Shown: positions 45,534-54,319, numbered from the stretch's first letter. The stretch is DNA of 64,000 nt from an uncultured Chloroflexia bacterium (GCA_963817095.1 CAWFND010000008.1:32107-96106); one strand, 5' to 3'. Program-made: numbers and translations. Notes: generated by a model from the sequence alone, not told the origin.

Positions 45534-47441
45534 CTATTCGTTCGGCGGCGACGTCGGCCGGCCCGGCACCCCGACGAACCGGAGCCCGAGCTCCTCGTAC
45601 TGGGCGGGATCCGGTGGCGACGGCGCCTCGAGCATGAGGTCGCCACCCGACTGGGTCTTCGGGAACGCCATGACCTCGCGGATGTTCGACTGGTGGGAGA
45701 GGAGCGCTGCCCAGCGATCGATGCCGAGGGCGATCCCGCCGTGCGGCGGCGGACCGTAGTCGAACGCCTCGAGGATGGCGCCGAACTTCTCCCGCATGCC
45801 GGATTCGGTCTGCCCCTGGAGGGTGAAGCTCCGGGCGAGCAGGTCGCGCCGGTGGATCCTGACCGAGCCGCCCCCGAGCTCCCAGCCGTTGAGCGCGATG
45901 TCGTACTGCATGGCGCGGGCCCGGCCCGCCGGATCCTTCGGCGAGAGCCGGGATGGGTCGCCGTCGATCGTCGTGAGGAGCTCCTCGTCCTCCGGCAGGA
46001 CACCGCTGAACGGGTTGTGAGTCGCGTCCCAGCGCTCGTGCTCGGCATCCCATTTGTACATCGGAAAGTGGTAGATCCAGCAGAAGGAAAGGACGTTGGG
46101 GTCGGCCAGCCCGAGCCGGACGCCCAGCTCGGCACGGAGCCTGCCGAGGACATCGGCGGTCACCTCGGCATCGTCAGCGACGACGAGGACCAGGTCTCCC
46201 GGATTCGCGCCGGCGTGGGTCACCAGCTGCTCGGCGCCGTCGTCGCCGAGGAACTTCGCGATCGAGGAGCGAACCGCGCCGGTCTCCTCCACCGCCAGCC
46301 AGACGAGGCCCTTGGCCCCGAACCGCTTCGCCCGCTCCGTGAGCTCGTCGATCTCCTTGCGCGTGGCTGCGCCCATGCCCGGCGCGACGATCGCCTTGAC
46401 CTGACCTCCGCCTGCGAGTGCGTCGTCGAAGACCCGGAAGCCGGACGGGGAGGCCTCCCAGAGTGGCGCCAGGTCGACGAGCTCCATCGAGAACCGGATG
46501 TCCGGCTTGTCGCTCCCGAACCGCTCCATCGCCTCGTCGTAGGTGAATCGCGGGAACGGGATCGTCGCGATCGGCCGCTCGGGCGTGGCGGCCCGGCAGA
46601 CCTCGATGACCATCGTCTCGACGAACGCCATGACCGCGCCCTCGTCGACGAAGCTCATCTCGAGGTCGAGCTGGGTGAACTCCGGCTGGCGATCGCCGCG
46701 GAGGTCCTCGTCGCGGAAGCAGCGGGCGATCTGGAAATAGCGATCGACGCCGCCGACCATCAGCAGCTGCTTCAGCTGCTGCGGGCTCTGTGGCAGGGCG
46801 TAGACGGCGCCCGGCTGGAGGCGCGAGGGGACGATGAAGTCCCGGGCGCCCTCGGGCGTGGACTTGATCAGGTTCGGCGTCTCGACCTCGACGAAGCCGT
46901 AGGCGTGATGGACCTCTCGGATCGCCTGGACGAGCCGGCTCCGGAGCAGGAGGCGCTGGGCCATCGCCTCTCGCCGGATGTCGAGGTAGCGGTAGCGCAG
47001 GCGGAGCGCCTCGTCGATCGGCGCGTCGGGGTCGTTGATGTAGAACGGCGGGGTCTTCGACTCGCTGAGGATCGTGACCGCTCTGGCCCGGACCTCGATC
47101 GCCCCGGTCGGCAACCGGGGATTCTCGGTGCCGGCGAGGCGGAGGGCGACATCGCCGTCCACCGTGACGACGAACTCGCTCCGGACGCGGCTGGCGACCT
47201 CGTGGGCCGCCGGGTCGTCCGTCTTGTCGATGACGACCTGGGTGATCCCGTGACGGTCGCGGAGGTCGAGGAAGATCAGCTGGCCGTGGTCACGGCGTCG
47301 ATGGACCCAGCCCGAGAGACGCACGGTGATGCCCGCATCGTCGGCACGGAGCGCACCGCAGGTGTGCGTCCGGTACGGCGTCGCCAGCCGATCGTGGGGC
47401 GTGGCGTCGGGACTGCGGTCGAGCGGGGGAGCGTCTGTCAT
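45534..47441 (-). CDS. aspS: aspartate--tRNA ligase
   Basis: 635 aa from ATG 47441. OB anticodon-binding domain, class II motifs FRDEDLRGDRQPEFTQLD, GGGSVRIH, GIALGIDR. Confidence 0.95.
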   Translation of the reverse strand: MTDAPPLDRSPDATPHDRLATPYRTHTCGALRADDAGITVRLSGWVHRRRDHGQLIFLDLRDRHGITQVVIDKTDDPAAHEVASRVRSEFVVTVDGDVALRLAGTENPRLPTGAIEVRARAVTILSESKTPPFYINDPDAPIDEALRLRYRYLDIRREAMAQRLLLRSRLVQAIREVHHAYGFVEVETPNLIKSTPEGARDFIVPSRLQPGAVYALPQSPQQLKQLLMVGGVDRYFQIARCFRDEDLRGDRQPEFTQLDLEMSFVDEGAVMAFVETMVIEVCRAATPERPIATIPFPRFTYDEAMERFGSDKPDIRFSMELVDLAPLWEASPSGFRVFDDALAGGGQVKAIVAPGMGAATRKEIDELTERAKRFGAKGLVWLAVEETGAVRSSIAKFLGDDGAEQLVTHAGANPGDLVLVVADDAEVTADVLGRLRAELGVRLGLADPNVLSFCWIYHFPMYKWDAEHERWDATHNPFSGVLPEDEELLTTIDGDPSRLSPKDPAGRARAMQYDIALNGWELGGGSVRIHRRDLLARSFTLQGQTESGMREKFGAILEAFDYGPPPHGGIALGIDRWAALLSHQSNIREVMAFPKTQSGGDLMLEAPSPPDPAQYEELGLRFVGVPGRPTSPPNE

Positions 47442-47450
47442 GACCGGCGT

Positions 47451-47456
47451 ATCGTA
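47451..47456 (-). promoter_or_regulatory. putative -10 hexamer TACGAT, 9 nt upstream of the aspS ATG (leaderless-type promoter)
   Basis: Plus strand reads atcgta in the 48-nt divergent spacer. No SD. Confidence 0.3.
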
Positions 47457-47489
47457 CGGGAGTTGTTCTGATCGGCGAGGAGTGGGCAC

Positions 47490-47867
47490 ATGCTCTCGGA
47501 CCATCCTGTCTACCCGACGATCCCGACCGCGGACGTCGAGGCGCTGCGCCGGTTCTACGAGGATGTCCTCGGGTTCACGGTCCAGCAGGAGACCCCGACG
47601 ACGGTCTACTTCGACGCCGGCGGCGGGACGTTCTTCGCCGTCTCGCGGAGCGCCGGCGCAGCTTCGGGCACGCACACCCAGATGGCGTTCCGGGTCGCGA
47701 GCATCCATGACGAGATCGCGGCACTTCGCGCGAGGGGCGTCGAATTCGAGAGCTACGAGACCCCGAAGACCGTCGACGGAATCGCCGACGTCGGCGCCGG
47801 CTGGGCGGCCTGGATGAAGGATCCGGACGGCAATCTGATCGGGGTCTGGCAGTTCAAGCCCGCCTGA
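47490..47867 (+). CDS. VOC (glyoxalase/bleomycin resistance/dioxygenase) family protein
   Basis: 125 aa, with GAGGAG upstream. FYEDVLGFTV and DPDGNLIGVWQ motifs typical of the VOC fold. Confidence 0.75.
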   Translation: MLSDHPVYPTIPTADVEALRRFYEDVLGFTVQQETPTTVYFDAGGGTFFAVSRSAGAASGTHTQMAFRVASIHDEIAALRARGVEFESYETPKTVDGIADVGAGWAAWMKDPDGNLIGVWQFKPA

Positions 47868-47886
47868 GAGCGGAACGAGACAGCCG

Positions 47887-48421
47887 ATGCCGCGTCTCCG
47901 GGTCGCCCGCGGATCGATCGTCGATCTCGAGGTGGACGCAATCGTCAACGCCGCCAACTCGTCCCTCCGCGGCGGCGGAGGCGTCGACGGCGCGATCCAT
48001 CGTGCCGCGGGCCCGCGCCTGGCCCAGGAGGCCGGCCGCCTGGCGCCCTGTCCGCCCGGCGAGGCCCGGATCACGGGCGGCTACCAGCTGCGCGCGCGGT
48101 ACGTGATCCACACGGTCGGACCGATCTACGACGGTGGCGCCGGCGACGCTGAGGAGACGCTCGCGCGGTGCTACCGGTCATCGCTGACGCTGGCGGAGGC
48201 CAATGGCGTTCGGACGATGGCGGTCCCGGCGATCTCGACCGGCGTCTTCGGCTACCCGTCCAGTGCCGCGGCGGCGATCGCCGTCCGCGAGATCGCCCTC
48301 TGGCTGGACGCCCACGACCTCCCGCGTACGGTCGTCCTGTCGGCGTTCTCCGACGAATTCGGCGGCGGCGATCGAGCAGGCCGTCGACGACCTCGATCGG
48401 ATCGACCTGATCGAGGACTGA
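47887..48421 (+). pseudogene. macro-domain protein (O-acetyl-ADP-ribose deacetylase-like), frame broken by an apparent 1-nt insertion near 48360 (probably a sequence error)
   Basis: GSIVDLEVDAIVNAANSSLRGGGGVDGAIHRAAG and AVPAISTGVFGYP macro motifs. After ...VVLSAFSDEF the natural C-terminus AAAIEQAVDDLDRIDLIED-stop lies in the next frame (track ORF 48203..48421). Span 535 nt = 3n+1. The in-frame read-through (717-aa track ORF) is nonsense. Confidence 0.8.
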
Positions 48422-48454
48422 GCCGGGGGCGGGCAGACCGCCACCGGGCCACCG

Positions 48455-48796
48455 TCACCAGTCGAACGGGAACGGCTCGGGCCTCCAGTCGTTTGCGCGC
48501 GGTCCCCGCGGCTGCCATGCCTCGAATGTCGGCCGCCACAGGCCGGTGGCGTCGATCGCGGCGAGGGTCGCGCAACCGTGCGAGTTGCTCCAACCGTCGA
48601 GGTGGACGGCGCAGTACGCGATCGACGTGCCGCACGACACGATCGCGATCGCCGGGTACGCGCACACCTCGGGCGGGCCGGCCAGGCGGAGCCGACCGTC
48701 GCAGGCGACCCGATCCCGGGTGCCGACCAGGGACTTGTAGCGGACCACGCCGTCCGGATCGGGCCGCCGACGCTGGGGGGCGGGCGTCACGTCCAC
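48455..48796 (-). CDS. hypothetical Cys- and Trp-rich protein (113 aa)
   Basis: C-terminal part of track ORF 48455..49639. GTG 48796 lies 9 nt after the methyltransferase stop. Sequence: ...VACDGRLRLAGPPEVCAYPAIAIVSCGTSIAYCAVHLDGWSNSHGCATL...DWRPEPFPFDW. No family recognised. Confidence 0.4.
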   Translation of the reverse strand: MDVTPAPQRRRPDPDGVVRYKSLVGTRDRVACDGRLRLAGPPEVCAYPAIAIVSCGTSIAYCAVHLDGWSNSHGCATLAAIDATGLWRPTFEAWQPRGPRANDWRPEPFPFDW

Positions 48797-48804
48797 GGGG
48801 TGCG

Positions 48805-49605
48805 CTATCGGGTGGCGGAGCGCTGGCCACGCGCGGCCCAGGCGCGCGCGGTCAGCCGGATCGAACCGTCGGGCTCGACGGGGAGCGTCGCCGCGAGGCG
48901 CTCGCGGATGGCACTCCGCCGTGGCTCGTCGAGGCGGAGGTTGAACCCCGGCGCCGGACCGATCCCCGACAGGAAGGGCTGCCAGTAGTCGTCGAAGTCG
49001 GCGAAGACGGCGGGGATCTCGATCGCGCGGTCCTCGACGTCCCCGAGACCGGCGGCACGGAACGCCGCCGCCAGCGCGCCCGGCTCGCAGATCGGGAAGA
49101 GCTCCGCCCCGACGGCCTCGACCTCGACCGGCGCCACCGCCGCGGCCGCCTCCCAGTACCGCCGAAGGACCTCCATGCCGCCGCCGTAGTCCCAGACGTA
49201 GGCACCCAGCCGGCCGCCGGGGCGGACGACCCGGCGCATCTCCGCGAGCGCTGCCGGGATGTCCGGGACGAAGTTCAGGACGAGCCCTGCGACCGCGACG
49301 TCGACGCTGCCGGCTGCGAGCGGCATCGCGTCGGCCGATCCCGTCTCGAATCTCGCACGGGGGTCGCGGATCGCGGCGCGCGCATGCTCGACGAAGCTGG
49401 CGGACGGATCGACGCCGACGATCGAGGCGGGTGCCGCCCGATCCAGGATCGTGGCGCTGAGGGCGCCCGTGCCGCAGCCGACGTCGACCCAGTCGCCGCC
49501 GGCCGGGACGTCGAGCCAGGCGACGAGCTCCGGCGCGACACGCCGGCTCCAGCGGCCGATGTATCCCTCGTACGCCGAGCCGCCGGCCCATCGATCGGTG
49601 CTCAC
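48805..49605 (-). CDS. class I SAM-dependent methyltransferase
   Basis: 266 aa. GTG start overlaps the hisS stop (GTGA). SAM motif I VDVGCGTGALS. Post-I and motif II regions present. Confidence 0.8.
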   Translation of the reverse strand: MSTDRWAGGSAYEGYIGRWSRRVAPELVAWLDVPAGGDWVDVGCGTGALSATILDRAAPASIVGVDPSASFVEHARAAIRDPRARFETGSADAMPLAAGSVDVAVAGLVLNFVPDIPAALAEMRRVVRPGGRLGAYVWDYGGGMEVLRRYWEAAAAVAPVEVEAVGAELFPICEPGALAAAFRAAGLGDVEDRAIEIPAVFADFDDYWQPFLSGIGPAPGFNLRLDEPRRSAIRERLAATLPVEPDGSIRLTARAWAARGQRSATR

Positions 49606-50906
49606 GACGGGCCCGGCGTTCCGTGGTGGTGGCTCGCATGGGCGCGCCCCACCTCGCGCGCCAGGTCGTCGAGCGCGACCAGCTTCTGGGTGCCGGCGTC
49701 CAGGTCCTTGAGCTGGACCTGGCCGTCGCTGAGCTCGTCGCCGACGATCACTGCGAAGTGGGCCCGATCGCGTGCGGCCGCCTCCAGCTGCTTGCCGAGC
49801 TTGCGCGTCGCCAGGTCCGCCCGGGCGGCGATGCCCGCCGCTCGGAGCACGGTCGCGATCCGCAGGCGGTCCGCCGTCGCCGCCGGATCCGCGCCGACGA
49901 CGACGGCCACCGGGCTGAACGGGTCCGCCGGCGCCGGTGTCCCCTGCGCCTCGAGCGCCAGGAGCACCCGGTCCAGCCCGAGGCCGAACCCGATCCCCGG
50001 CGTCGGCTTGCCGCCGAGCAGCTCGACGAGGCCGTCATAACGGCCGCCGCCGCCGAGCGCCGACTGCTGGCCGGCGACGCCGCGCGGGTAGACCTCGAAC
50101 GCGGTGCGCGTGTAGTAGTCAAGGCCCCGGACCAGGCGCGGCTCGAGGCGATGGGCGACCCCGAGGCTGTCGAGATGGGCCCGCAGGCCAGCGAAGTGGT
50201 CCGCGCACGCCGCGCAGAGCCGATCGGTGATCACCGGCGCGGCCGCGTTCAGCTCGATCATCCCGGGCTCCTTCGAATCGAGCAGCCGGAGCGGCGCCCG
50301 TTCCAGCCGGCCGCGCTCGAGCGGCGGCAGGCGGTCGAGGTGGTCGCGGTAGAACGACGCGAGCTCGGCGACGTAGGCAGGCCGGCACTCGCGATCGCCG
50401 ATCGAGTTCACGAGGATCTCCGGTTCGAGGATCCCGACCTCGCGATAGAACCGGTCGGCGAGCTCGATGATCTCGGCGTCGACGGCCGGGCCGGCGTCGC
50501 CGATCGCCTCGACGTCGAACTGCCAGAACTCGCGGTATCGGCCGGCCTGGGGCCGGTCGTAGCGGAACATCGGCCCGCTCAGCGTCAGCTTCACGGGCTG
50601 GGGCAGCGTCTGCATCCCGTGCTGGACGTAGGCCCGGACGATCCCCGCGGTCGGCTCGGGCCGGAGCGACCACGATTCGCCCTCGTCGGTCCGCGACGCG
50701 AGGCGGAACAGCTCTTTCTCGACGACGTCGGTCGCGTCGCCGATCCCGCGCTCGAACACCGCCGTCTGCTCGAAGAGGGGTGTCTCGATGGGCCGGTAGC
50801 CGTAGCGCGCCGCCAGGCTTGCCCCGACCGACTCGAGCCGGAGCATGGCCGAGCGCTCGGCCGGCAGCAGGTCGCGGGTGCCTCGGGGGGCACGGAAGGT
50901 GGGCAT
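49602..50906 (-). CDS. hisS: histidine--tRNA ligase
   Basis: 434 aa. PRGTRD, LRPEPTAG, FRYDRPQAGRYREFWQ, GGGRYD, and a C-terminal anticodon-binding domain. Confidence 0.95.
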   Translation of the reverse strand: MPTFRAPRGTRDLLPAERSAMLRLESVGASLAARYGYRPIETPLFEQTAVFERGIGDATDVVEKELFRLASRTDEGESWSLRPEPTAGIVRAYVQHGMQTLPQPVKLTLSGPMFRYDRPQAGRYREFWQFDVEAIGDAGPAVDAEIIELADRFYREVGILEPEILVNSIGDRECRPAYVAELASFYRDHLDRLPPLERGRLERAPLRLLDSKEPGMIELNAAAPVITDRLCAACADHFAGLRAHLDSLGVAHRLEPRLVRGLDYYTRTAFEVYPRGVAGQQSALGGGGRYDGLVELLGGKPTPGIGFGLGLDRVLLALEAQGTPAPADPFSPVAVVVGADPAATADRLRIATVLRAAGIAARADLATRKLGKQLEAAARDRAHFAVIVGDELSDGQVQLKDLDAGTQKLVALDDLAREVGRAHASHHHGTPGPS

Positions 50907-50915
50907 CCTCGGACG

Positions 50916-50921
50916 AGTCTA
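50916..50921 (-). promoter_or_regulatory. putative -10 hexamer TAGACT, 9 nt upstream of the hisS ATG (leaderless-type promoter)
   Basis: Plus strand reads agtcta. No properly spaced SD. Confidence 0.3.
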
Positions 50922-51014
50922 GCGGCGGGACCCGTGCCGGGCGGGACCGACCGGGACCGGAACCGGGACCTCCGGGGGAGTCTGCGACCAGCCGAAGGTC
51001 CGTATCATCGGGCC

Positions 51015-51812
51015 GTGGAGTCGTCCGGGGTGTCGATCCGCACGGTCGTCGGCTATCTCGCCGGCATCGCCGTCGGAACGATGTCGATCACGTTGCTCTT
51101 CCTCGGCATGCGTGCCGTCATGGACGTCGGCGGGGCCTGTGCCGACGGCGGCCCGTACGTCACGGCCCAGCCCTGCCCCACCGGGACGCCCGTGGCGATG
51201 GTCGGCGGGATGTTCGGGCTGTTCGGGGCGGCCGGGCTGATCGTCTGGTTCGGGTCGCGGATCGGCGGGGCGGCAACGGCGATCGTCGCCCTGGGCTGGC
51301 CGCTCCTGTTCGTCTCGCTCGGCTACAACTTCCTCGACTACGGCCTCCATTCCCCCGACGGCGAGCCCGGCGTCGCGTGGGGCTGGATCATCCCGGGCCT
51401 CCTCTTCTGGATCATGGGGATCGCTCCGGTCGTCGTGGCAGTGGCGGCGTGGCGCGAGGCGCGCGCAGGCCGGCCCGTCAACCGGGTGTCGCAGCCGATC
51501 CTGAACCGTCTGGCCCCGCCGCGGCGGCCGCCGGTCGAAGCCGAGCCGGAGCCGGCGATCGTCATCCCGACGGACCCGGCCGCTCGACACGTGGACGAAG
51601 CGATGTTCGCCTCCTCGGCGTTCGCCCCGACGCGATCGACGGCCGGCGCGACCGGCGTGGGCGGCACACCGGCCGGGGACGTCGCTTCCTCGAACGACCT
51701 TGCCGAAGACCTCGAGACGCTGGCCCGACTCCACGCCACGGGTGATCTGTCCGACGACGAGTTCGCCCGGGCCAAGGCCGACCGCCTGGCGGGTGCCGAG
51801 GTCCCCGGGTGA
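51015..51812 (+). CDS. polytopic membrane protein with C-terminal SHOCT domain
   Basis: About 265 aa from GTG 51015 (or GTG 51030), in the tail of track ORF 49623..51812. About 5 TM helices, a Pro-rich linker, and C-terminus LETLARLHATGDLSDDEFARAKADRLAG fitting the SHOCT consensus. Confidence 0.6.
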   Translation: MESSGVSIRTVVGYLAGIAVGTMSITLLFLGMRAVMDVGGACADGGPYVTAQPCPTGTPVAMVGGMFGLFGAAGLIVWFGSRIGGAATAIVALGWPLLFVSLGYNFLDYGLHSPDGEPGVAWGWIIPGLLFWIMGIAPVVVAVAAWREARAGRPVNRVSQPILNRLAPPRRPPVEAEPEPAIVIPTDPAARHVDEAMFASSAFAPTRSTAGATGVGGTPAGDVASSNDLAEDLETLARLHATGDLSDDEFARAKADRLAGAEVPG

Positions 51813-51907
51813 GCGACCGCCTGCGGCGCGCCCTGCCGATCCTCATCGTCGTCGCGGGCCTCGCGGGGGTCTGGCTCGGCGCCTGGATCTTCGCGGCGAT
51901 CAGCTAG
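51809..51907 (+). CDS. candidate 32-aa single-TM micro-protein
   Basis: GTG 51809 forms a GTGA overlap with the upstream stop. Reads VSDRLRRALPILIVVAGLAGVWLGAWIFAAIS-stop. GC3-rich. Followed immediately by a hairpin. Confidence 0.35.
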   Translation: MSDRLRRALPILIVVAGLAGVWLGAWIFAAIS

Positions 51908-51924
51908 CCGACGGGTTCCGTCGG
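51908..51924. terminator. GC-rich hairpin CCGACGG-GTT-CCGTCGG between convergent genes (possible bidirectional intrinsic terminator, no U-tract)
   Basis: Perfect 7-bp stem and 3-nt loop in the 23-nt gap between the micro-ORF stop (51907) and the rel stop (51931). Confidence 0.35.
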
Positions 51925-51930
51925 CCGGGT

Positions 51931-54306
51931 TCAGGACAGGTCGCGCTGGACGTTGATGACGTCCTTCAGCCCCTCGATCCGGCCCATGACGCGGGCGAGC
52001 TGCGAGACCGATGCGACCTGGAGCGTCGCCGTCACGATCGCCGTGTGGTCCGGGTTCACCTGGACCGCCGCCGCGACGATGTTGACCTTGTTCTCCGCGA
52101 CGACCTGGGTGATGTCGTTGAGAAGGCCCGTCCGGTCGTAGGCCTCGACGCGGATCGCGATCGGGTAGGTCTGGGTCGGGGCCGCCTCCCACTCCACCTC
52201 GATCAGCCGCGGGACCTCCCGCTCGTTCAGGACCGTCGGGCAGGAGCGAAGGTGGACCGTGACGCCCTTGCCGCGGGTGATGAACCCGACGATCGGGTCG
52301 CCCGGGATCGGGTGGCAGCACTTCGCGAACCGGACGAGGAGGTCGCCGACGCCCTTGACCCGGACGCCACCCGTCCGGACCGGGAGGTTCTGCGGGGCGA
52401 CGGTCGGCAGCCCGACCTCGGTGTCGTCGAGGACGCCGAGCCGGGCGACGACCTGCTGCGCGCTGACGGCGCCGTAGCCGATCGCCGCGTAGAAGTCGTC
52501 GAGGGTCTCGTGGTTGTAGACCGTCCGGCCCACCTCGGCGATCCGCTCGTTGCCGACGGACTGGAGGCTCTTGCGGGCGAGCCGGCGGAGCTCGCGCTCG
52601 AGCGACTCGCGGCCATGGACGATGTTCTCGTCACGATCCTTCTTCTTGAACCATTGGCGGATCTTCTCCCGGGCGTGGGAGGTCCGGACGACGTTCAGCC
52701 AGTCGCGCGACGGCCCGTGCTCACCCTTCGTCGTGACGATCTCGACGATGTCGCCGTTCTTCAGGCGATAGTCGAGCGGCACGAGCCGGTTGTTGACCTT
52801 CGCTCCGATCGTCCGGTGGCCGACGTCCGTGTGGATCCGGTAGGCGAAGTCGAGCGGCGTCGCGCCTGCCGGGAGGTCCTTGATGTCGCCCTTCGGGGTG
52901 AACACGAAGACCTGGTCCTGGAAGATGTCGAGCTTGATCCCCTCGACGAATTCGGTGGCGTCCGAGTCCGAGACGTCGCGCTGCCACTCCATGAGCTGGC
53001 GGAGCCAGGCGAGCTTCGCGTCGTACTCGCGATCGGACTTCGTGCCTTCCTTGTACCGCCAGTGAGCAGCGATCCCGACCTCGCTGACCTGGTGCATCGC
53101 CTGGGTCCGGATCTGGATCTCGAGCGGCTTGCCGTCGAGCGCGATCACGGCCGTGTGGAGCGACTGGTAGAGGTTGTTCTTCGGCACGGCGATGTAGTCG
53201 TCGAACTGGCCGGGGATCGGACGCCACAGCGCGTGGACGACGCCCAGGGCGGCATAGCAGTCGGCCTTCTCGTCGACGAGGATCCGGATCGCGTAGACGT
53301 CGTAGATCTCCGCGAACTCGGCCGACTTGCGCTGCATCTTCTTGTCGATGCTGTAGATGTGCTTCGGACGGCCCTGGAGGTCCGCGTCGATTCCCGCATC
53401 CTTCAGCCGGGGCTCCAGCTCGGCGATCGCCCGGGCGATGTAGTCCTCGCGGCCCTTGCGGCGGGTGTCGAGGAGCTTCGCCAGCTCGCGGAAGCGCTCG
53501 GGCTCGAGGACCTTGAAGGCGAGGTCCTCCAGCTCCCACTTGATCTGCCAGATCCCGAGCCGTTCGGCGAGCGGTGCGTAGATCTCCTGGGTCTGGCGGG
53601 CGATCCGGAATTGCTTCTCCGACGGTAGCCCGTACAGGGTCCGCATGTTGTGGAGCCGATCGGCCAGCTTGATGAGGACGACCCGGATGTCCTCGGCCAT
53701 CGCGAGGAGCATCTTCCGGATGTTCTCGGCCTGCTGCTGCTCGTGGCTGTGGGTGCTGAACTTCGACAGCTTCGTGACGCCGTCGACGAGGCGGGCGACC
53801 TCCGACCCGAACCGCTCCTCGATGTCCTGGAGCCCGTACTCGGTGTCCTCGGGGACGTCGTGGAGGAGCGCGGCGGTCACCGCCACCGGGTCGATCCCCA
53901 GCTCTGCGGTGATCTGGGCCGAGGCGATCGGGTGGGTGACGTATGGCTCGCCGGTGGCCCGACGCTGGCCGTGGTGGGCGTCGACGGCGAGGTCGAATGC
54001 CCCCTCGAGCGGCGTCAGGTCCGCCGACGGGTAGTGCTGGCGAACCGTCTCGACGAGCTGGCTGCGGAGCGCGGCCAGATCGGGCTCGGTCAACGCCGTG
54101 CCGGCGGGCGTGGCGGGCCGGCTCGGCGACCGTTGCTGGGCGCCCGGCACGCGGGCGGCCGCGTCGCCGTTCGCCTTCCGCGTGCGGGCCTTCGCCGGAC
54201 TCTTCGCGGCGGTCGCGCCGCCGCCGGCATCGGTTGTCGCGGCCGCGCGAGGCTTGCCGCGCGCCGCGGCGTCGGTCTTCTCGGGCGTGGTCCCCGGTTG
54301 CGTCAT
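51931..54306 (-). CDS. rel: bifunctional (p)ppGpp synthetase/hydrolase (RelA/SpoT homologue)
   Basis: 791 aa. HD hydrolase domain (HHGQRRATGEPYVTHP, LLHDVPEDT), synthetase domain (YQSLHTAV), TGS (FTPKGDIKDLPAGATPLDFAY) and ACT domains. Basic, low-complexity N-terminal extension. Confidence 0.93.
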   Translation of the reverse strand: MTQPGTTPEKTDAAARGKPRAAATTDAGGGATAAKSPAKARTRKANGDAAARVPGAQQRSPSRPATPAGTALTEPDLAALRSQLVETVRQHYPSADLTPLEGAFDLAVDAHHGQRRATGEPYVTHPIASAQITAELGIDPVAVTAALLHDVPEDTEYGLQDIEERFGSEVARLVDGVTKLSKFSTHSHEQQQAENIRKMLLAMAEDIRVVLIKLADRLHNMRTLYGLPSEKQFRIARQTQEIYAPLAERLGIWQIKWELEDLAFKVLEPERFRELAKLLDTRRKGREDYIARAIAELEPRLKDAGIDADLQGRPKHIYSIDKKMQRKSAEFAEIYDVYAIRILVDEKADCYAALGVVHALWRPIPGQFDDYIAVPKNNLYQSLHTAVIALDGKPLEIQIRTQAMHQVSEVGIAAHWRYKEGTKSDREYDAKLAWLRQLMEWQRDVSDSDATEFVEGIKLDIFQDQVFVFTPKGDIKDLPAGATPLDFAYRIHTDVGHRTIGAKVNNRLVPLDYRLKNGDIVEIVTTKGEHGPSRDWLNVVRTSHAREKIRQWFKKKDRDENIVHGRESLERELRRLARKSLQSVGNERIAEVGRTVYNHETLDDFYAAIGYGAVSAQQVVARLGVLDDTEVGLPTVAPQNLPVRTGGVRVKGVGDLLVRFAKCCHPIPGDPIVGFITRGKGVTVHLRSCPTVLNEREVPRLIEVEWEAAPTQTYPIAIRVEAYDRTGLLNDITQVVAENKVNIVAAAVQVNPDHTAIVTATLQVASVSQLARVMGRIEGLKDVINVQRDLS

Positions 54307-54313
54307 CGGCCGA

Positions 54314-54319
54314 AGGATA
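54314..54319 (-). promoter_or_regulatory. putative -10 hexamer TATCCT, 7 nt upstream of the rel ATG (leaderless-type promoter)
   Basis: Plus strand reads aggata in the 60-nt spacer, preceded by TG. No SD. Confidence 0.3.

Noticed and set aside
48428-48442. GGCGG-gcaga-CCGCC hairpin after the macro-domain gene as an intrinsic terminator
   Set aside because: The stem is only 5 bp with no U-tract, which is indistinguishable from chance in GC-rich DNA.
50907-51014. T-box or other leader riboswitches upstream of hisS, aspS and alaS
   Set aside because: The upstream spacers are 48-108 nt and mostly occupied by divergent promoters, with -10-like hexamers abutting the start codons. That is too short for a roughly 200-nt T-box leader, and no specifier or T-box sequence is visible.
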